64,000 bases of DNA, from contig DMXP01000006.1 in assembly GCA_003483855.1 (NCBI GenBank), positions 24,280-88,279 of the forward strand. The letters are read 5' to 3'. Shown piece by piece: positions 59,778-64,000 of the stretch. The position numbers and the translations under genes are program-made. Below the pieces are notes generated by a model that was not told the DNA's origin, ran no database searches, and saw only the letters and a list, made by a program, of their open reading frames with translations. This DNA comes from Candidatus Yonathbacteria bacterium (GTDB lineage Bacteria > Patescibacteriota > Minisyncoccia > Phycocordibacterales > UBA1550). The first letter of the stretch is position 1. Every line of letters begins with the position of its first letter.

Positions 59778-59801
59778 AGGGATAGTATACACGAAAAAAC
59801 A

Positions 59802-59909
59802 GAATGTGGAATATCGAATGTGGAATGGACTCAATTACACAAAACCCGAAATTCGCCTTTGGCGAATTTCGGGAGCTCTGTATTATTCAACATTCGATAT
59901 TCCACATTC
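59802..59909. repeat. Heptamer-built inverted repeat enclosing a perfect hairpin
   Basis: gaatgtggaatatcgaatgt ... acattcgatattccacattc around cccgaaattcgcc-ttt-ggcgaatttcggg. Confidence 0.85.
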
Positions 59910-60609
59910 AATATTCATTCCCCAAGACTATTACCACAAACTCTCCACGAAGTCGGTCTGGGTTTTTTGCAAAATGAGCTTTTACCTCAGGTACCGTCCC
60001 GCGAGCAAATTCCTCATATATTTTGGTAAGTTCACGCGCAATTATGATATTGCGCTCCGCTCCGCAAAACTTTTCTAGAGACTCAAGGGCTTTTTCAATT
60101 CTGTGCGGAGATTCATAAAAGGCCATGACGCGTGTAGACTCGGCAATCTCTTTAAACAAAGTTTCCCTCCCTTTCTTGTGCGGAAGGAACCCTAGGAATG
60201 TGAACTCGGCGACAGAAACGCCCGCAGTAGAAAGCGCTGTAATAAGCGCTGATGGTCCAGGGATTGGTACCACGCTTACATTTGACAATTGACCTTTGAC
60301 TTTTGACTCAAGAATCTGAGAGACTAAGAGCACTCCTGGGTCCGAGATGCACGGAGTCCCCGCGTCCGATACAAGCGCGAGATTTTTCCCATCTTCAAGC
60401 AAGCTCAAGATTTTATCAACCTTCGCGAGTTTTGACTGCGCGTGGTAGCTCATTGTCGGAGTACCTATCTCGTACTTTGAAAGCAGACGCTTGGTCACGC
60501 GCGTATCCTCACACAAAATCAAATCAACTTCCTTGAGCACGCGCAAAGCGCGCAAGGTTATGTCCTCCAGGTTCCCTATTGGTGTGCCTACTACAAATAG
60601 TGTTGCCAT
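59908..60609 (-). CDS. rsmI: 16S rRNA C1402 2'-O-methyltransferase
   Basis: TPIGNLEDIT, SDAGTP.ISDPG, YESPHR, RELTKIYEE. Confidence 0.97.
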   Translation of the reverse strand: MATLFVVGTPIGNLEDITLRALRVLKEVDLILCEDTRVTKRLLSKYEIGTPTMSYHAQSKLAKVDKILSLLEDGKNLALVSDAGTPCISDPGVLLVSQILESKVKGQLSNVSVVPIPGPSALITALSTAGVSVAEFTFLGFLPHKKGRETLFKEIAESTRVMAFYESPHRIEKALESLEKFCGAERNIIIARELTKIYEEFARGTVPEVKAHFAKNPDRLRGEFVVIVLGNEY

Positions 60610-60643
60610 ATGGACACACTAGCAAAATTAGAGAAAAAAGAAA

Positions 60644-60664
60644 GCCGAGCGCGAAGCGCTCGGC
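60644..60664 (-). terminator. Hairpin terminator
   Basis: gccgagcgc-gaa-gcgctcggc followed by a T-rich run on the - strand. Confidence 0.75.
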
Positions 60665-60667
60665 AAG

Positions 60668-61114
60668 TTAATTAAAAAATATTGCGAGGTATCCGTTTTT
60701 GTGACCAGTCCAAACACAATCACAACCAGCTTCCTTGATAATAACTGGCGGGCCATACCCAAGAAGCTTAAACTCACTGCATTCTGAAATCTCGCTTTCC
60801 GCCGTTGCGCCATTTCGTTGCGTTCCGTTTTTAAGCCTCACTACAAGCAAACTATCTTTCCCAGAGTTCTCTTGATAAATTGTGTCAATGACTCCGACAA
60901 AAATATTTGAACCTATGTGGATTTCAGCATCCGCAAGATAACATTTGTTAAAAAGTTTCCTGCCCCACCTTGGCGTAATGTCGTCTCCAAGGTGTTCAAG
61001 CTTTCGCCCGTATGCTTTCATCAACTCGCCAGTTTTTCGTACAATCCTTTTTGCGTGACGCGTTACCCAGATTAACACCAGTCCATAAAACATTCTTAAT
61101 TTTCTCATTTCCAA
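60668..61114 (-). CDS. Hypothetical protein
   Basis: 148-aa ORF with AAGGAG upstream and a terminator downstream. Confidence 0.55.
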   Translation of the reverse strand: MEMRKLRMFYGLVLIWVTRHAKRIVRKTGELMKAYGRKLEHLGDDITPRWGRKLFNKCYLADAEIHIGSNIFVGVIDTIYQENSGKDSLLVVRLKNGTQRNGATAESEISECSEFKLLGYGPPVIIKEAGCDCVWTGHKNGYLAIFFN

Positions 61115-61194
61115 CTCCTTTCATTTTGTACAAAAAAATCACCATCAATGGTGACAGAGACTTCTAAAAACAAAGTATAACATGCGCTGTGGAA

Positions 61195-62490
61195 TTATCC
61201 TAACAGACTCTCTCCCACCTTATAAATATCTCCTGCGCCCATTGTAATAATAACGTCGTTTGGCGTAATTGTATCCCTCAAGTAATTTTCAATTTCAGAA
61301 AAATTAGCGCCCACACGAACATTTAGGTTGTGTACGCGAATTGCCTCTGCGAGAATCTCTGAGCTAATTTCTGGGTCTGGAGTCTCGCGAGCGGCGTAAA
61401 TTGGCGCTACAATTACCTCGTCTGCATCGCCAAAACTTTGCGCAAAATCCTTCAGCAAGGTTTTGGTGCGCGAATACAGGTGTGGCTGATAAACCACAAC
61501 CAGACGCCATTTGAAATATTTAGCGCGAAAGCCCTGAAGCGTCGCTTTTATTTCCGTTGGATGATGAGCGTAGTCGTCGTACACAAGAGCGCCGTTTTTT
61601 ATCTCGCCTTTAAGCTCCATGCGTCGCCAAGTGCCACCAAAGAGCGCAAGCAGGCGTGTCGCCTCTATAACATCGACTCCCAAAATTTTTGTAACGGCGA
61701 TGGCAATTTTTGCATTTTTTTTATTGTGCTCGCCAGCGATTTGAAGCGGTACTATTATATTCTCATTAGTGTAATCAACAATGCGCGCTGTCGCGTTTAC
61801 GAGCACTGGCGCCACAAAAGGGTCGTTTGGGTCGCAGACAATAGCTCCGCTGGCAGGCACTTTTTCCGCAAACTCCGCGAATGCTTTTTGCACTCCTCCA
61901 ATAGTTCCATAATAATCCAAGTGATCGTTGTCAATATTTGTGATAGCCAAAATCTCCGGTGACAAATTTATAAATGAACGCTGATACTCACACGCTTCCA
62001 CAACAAAAAGATTGCTCGTTCCTAAAATAAAATTCGTGCCAGTTTTTTTAAGAAGACTTCCAACGACAACAGTCGGCGACAATTTCGCTCCAACTAGAAT
62101 TTCTGAAATCATAGCAGTCGTTGTTGTTTTTCCGTGGGTTCCTGACACAGCGATAGTTCTCATTCCTTCGGAAACAATCCCCAAGACACGCGGGTACGAG
62201 AAAACTTTTGCTCCACGCCCTGAAGCAACAACAAGTTCTGGATTATCCATTGATATGGCTGGTGAATACACAACTAAATCACAATTTTCTGGGACATTTG
62301 TCGCATTATGACCTATAAAGATTTTTGCGCCGTCCTCTTCAAGTTTTTCGATAATAATCGAACGCTCGCGATCAGAACCAGTAACAGAGGCTCCTTTTGA
62401 AAGCATCAGTCGCGCCAATGCCGATACACCGATGCCACCGATGCCGACAAGATGTACGGCGTGAATATTTTTTAAAAATTCTTCATTCAT
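61195..62490 (-). CDS. murC: UDP-N-acetylmuramate--L-alanine ligase
   Basis: GIGGIG, GTHGKTTT, DDYAHHPTE, QPH.YSRT. Confidence 0.97.
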   Translation of the reverse strand: MNEEFLKNIHAVHLVGIGGIGVSALARLMLSKGASVTGSDRERSIIIEKLEEDGAKIFIGHNATNVPENCDLVVYSPAISMDNPELVVASGRGAKVFSYPRVLGIVSEGMRTIAVSGTHGKTTTTAMISEILVGAKLSPTVVVGSLLKKTGTNFILGTSNLFVVEACEYQRSFINLSPEILAITNIDNDHLDYYGTIGGVQKAFAEFAEKVPASGAIVCDPNDPFVAPVLVNATARIVDYTNENIIVPLQIAGEHNKKNAKIAIAVTKILGVDVIEATRLLALFGGTWRRMELKGEIKNGALVYDDYAHHPTEIKATLQGFRAKYFKWRLVVVYQPHLYSRTKTLLKDFAQSFGDADEVIVAPIYAARETPDPEISSEILAEAIRVHNLNVRVGANFSEIENYLRDTITPNDVIITMGAGDIYKVGESLLG

Positions 62491-62502
62491 TATAACTTAG
62501 TA

Positions 62503-63198
62503 TTAATTTGCTCTTGGCAATCCCTCCAAAATTTCCTCTGCGCGTTCAATATCATGTGAGTAAGCAATAGGTACCCAGAAATCACTCTCTACAACCTGCA
62601 TAGGATTATGGCGAATGTACTCCTCAATCATGTCGGTTAAATAGTACTCGCCGTTTTTTGTATGGAGCGCTTCGTATTCAAAAATTTTTGGAGAAAGCAC
62701 GTACACTCCCGTGACGGCAAGATTTGATTTCGGATGCTCTGGTTTTTCTTCAATATTTTTTATTGTGCCGTCTTCGTTTGTCACCACTACGCCAAATCGA
62801 CGCGGATCATCCACAAATGAAACAAGGAGCGCAAAATCCTCCTCGACACACCGCGCTACGCCATCTTTACCATGTAGATCATCCGCGTACATCAATAGAA
62901 ACTTTTTTTCGTTTTCAAGATGTGGTTTACAAATGCGGAGCGCGTGCGCGGTGCCAAGCGGTTCATCCTGCTCCACATACGTTACCCTCTTCCCCATAAA
63001 TTCGTCCCCTAGAAAATCGCGTATCATCTCGCGCTTGTAGCCAACTACGATTACAACCTCATCCACAGCTTCTGGAAGAACCTCCCAAATATGTTGTATG
63101 AGTGGCTTGCCAAGCACCTCCACGAGCGGTTTCGGTCTCTCAAGTGTTAGCGGGTGCATTCGCTTCCCTTCTCCAGCTGCAAAAATAACTGCTTTCAT
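62503..63198 (-). CDS. Sugar-phosphate nucleotidyltransferase (GlmU N-terminal-like)
   Basis: AAGEGKRM.PLT..PKPL, LGTAHA, EEKP; lies between murD and murC. Confidence 0.85.
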   Translation of the reverse strand: MKAVIFAAGEGKRMHPLTLERPKPLVEVLGKPLIQHIWEVLPEAVDEVVIVVGYKREMIRDFLGDEFMGKRVTYVEQDEPLGTAHALRICKPHLENEKKFLLMYADDLHGKDGVARCVEEDFALLVSFVDDPRRFGVVVTNEDGTIKNIEEKPEHPKSNLAVTGVYVLSPKIFEYEALHTKNGEYYLTDMIEEYIRHNPMQVVESDFWVPIAYSHDIERAEEILEGLPRAN

Positions 63199-63234
63199 GT
63201 TGATTGCAATAATAACAGAAAATAAAGTTCTCGG

Positions 63235-64000
63235 CTATTTAAGTTTCTTCACCAATTTCACAAACTGATCCCCTCTATCAAATTCGTTTTTAAATACACC
63301 AAAACTTGCTGCACCAGGAGACAGCAGTATGGTGTCTCCTTTTTTCGCAAAGTCACTCGCTGTTTCGACTGCGTCCTTCATATTGTCTACAATACAAACA
63401 GGGTATGAGGTATTTTTCGGGATAAGCGACAAAAGTTTTTCTGTCGCGGCGCCTTCAATGAGGACGAGTGCTTTCACTGTCTTATGTACAAGCTTCGCCA
63501 TATCAGAATAATCCAAATTTTTATCTGCTCCACCAGCAATTAGCACAATGTTCTTCTTACTCTTCGTGCCAAGCGCCTCAAGTGCCACCCTGTTCCCGTC
63601 TGGAGTTGTTGCCGTCGTGTCATTGTAATACTTCACTCCACCAACCGTACGTACAAGTTCAAGTCGTCCGGGAACTCCAGTAAAACTCTCAACTCCTTTT
63701 TTTATTGCATCTTTTGGGACATCAAGCTCCTGACAAGAGAGTATTGCACACGCAATGTTCGCGCGGTTATGCTCACCAGGAATTTTAATTTTCCACGTCT
63801 TTGGCACAATACTTTTCTTCGCAACTAATATCTCGCTATTTATCCTGCCTTTAAAGCGAGCCTTAATTTCTTTTACAGCCTGATCTCCAAGAACGAGAAC
63901 TTCGTCTTCTTTTTGATATTTAAAAATATTCGCTTTGTCATCAAAATATTTACTCATATCTCCTTTGTAGTAATTCAAATGGTCTGGCAAAAAATTCGTA
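63235..64000 (-). CDS. murD: UDP-MurNAc-L-Ala--D-Glu ligase, C-terminal part (N-terminus outside the window)
   Basis: DHLNYY, NDTTAT, AGGADK, LSPGAASF..F.NEFDRG. Confidence 0.95.
   Translation of the reverse strand, partial: TNFLPDHLNYYKGDMSKYFDDKANIFKYQKEDEVLVLGDQAVKEIKARFKGRINSEILVAKKSIVPKTWKIKIPGEHNRANIACAILSCQELDVPKDAIKKGVESFTGVPGRLELVRTVGGVKYYNDTTATTPDGNRVALEALGTKSKKNIVLIAGGADKNLDYSDMAKLVHKTVKALVLIEGAATEKLLSLIPKNTSYPVCIVDNMKDAVETASDFAKKGDTILLSPGAASFGVFKNEFDRGDQFVKLVKKLK

Noticed and set aside
117-63683. Numerous antisense or nested ORFs in the track (e.g. 1256-1903, 4172-4720, 14542-15048, 61438-61962)
   Set aside because: Shadows of well-supported genes on the other strand or frame, with no motifs.
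1-64000. CRISPR array, tRNA, rRNA, integrase, transposase or reverse transcriptase
   Set aside because: No repeat-spacer periodicity, tRNA cloverleaf with T-loop, rRNA signature or such ORF was recognised.

Overview
Chromosomal window of a small-genome bacterium using genetic code 11. It is most consistent with Patescibacteria/CPR (Parcubacteria-like), inferred from the split transketolase, MYG1, a lone VirD4-like ATPase, a lamin-tail/PKD surface protein and near-leaderless genes. Left part (1-22 kb): housekeeping genes (tkt-N, rpe, rpiB, gap, gatB, obgE, secA, murB). Centre (about 19.5-53 kb): a large surface-glycan locus with an O-antigen-ligase/TPR protein, GDP-fucose pathway, GT11, several GTs and methyltransferases, a flippase and rmlA. 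It also holds two unusual precursor modules: TPP E1a/E1b + Zn-ADH + PfkB, and HAD + SdhL-type shikimate dehydrogenase + NTP-transferase/kinase + GatZ-like + cupin + methyltransferase. Right part: rsmI, murC, murD. Seven toxin-antitoxin/Fic cassettes are scattered between core genes. Two are flanked by 39-bp and 68-bp direct repeats that rebuild the end of the host gene, yet no integrase is present in the window. The most notable non-coding signals are: (i) two perfect loop-less palindromes sharing a 48-bp CACC...CTATAG...GGTG frame but different arms; (ii) a promoter-driven structured RNA locus upstream of murB with permuted long-range complementarity; (iii) a 57-bp branched hairpin shared by the gap and obgE leaders; (iv) an unannotated 28-aa histone-H1-like peptide with a structured leader; (v) degenerate heptamer arrays, some in-frame inside genes. 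All calls come from reading the sequence and recalled family motifs; no searches were run.
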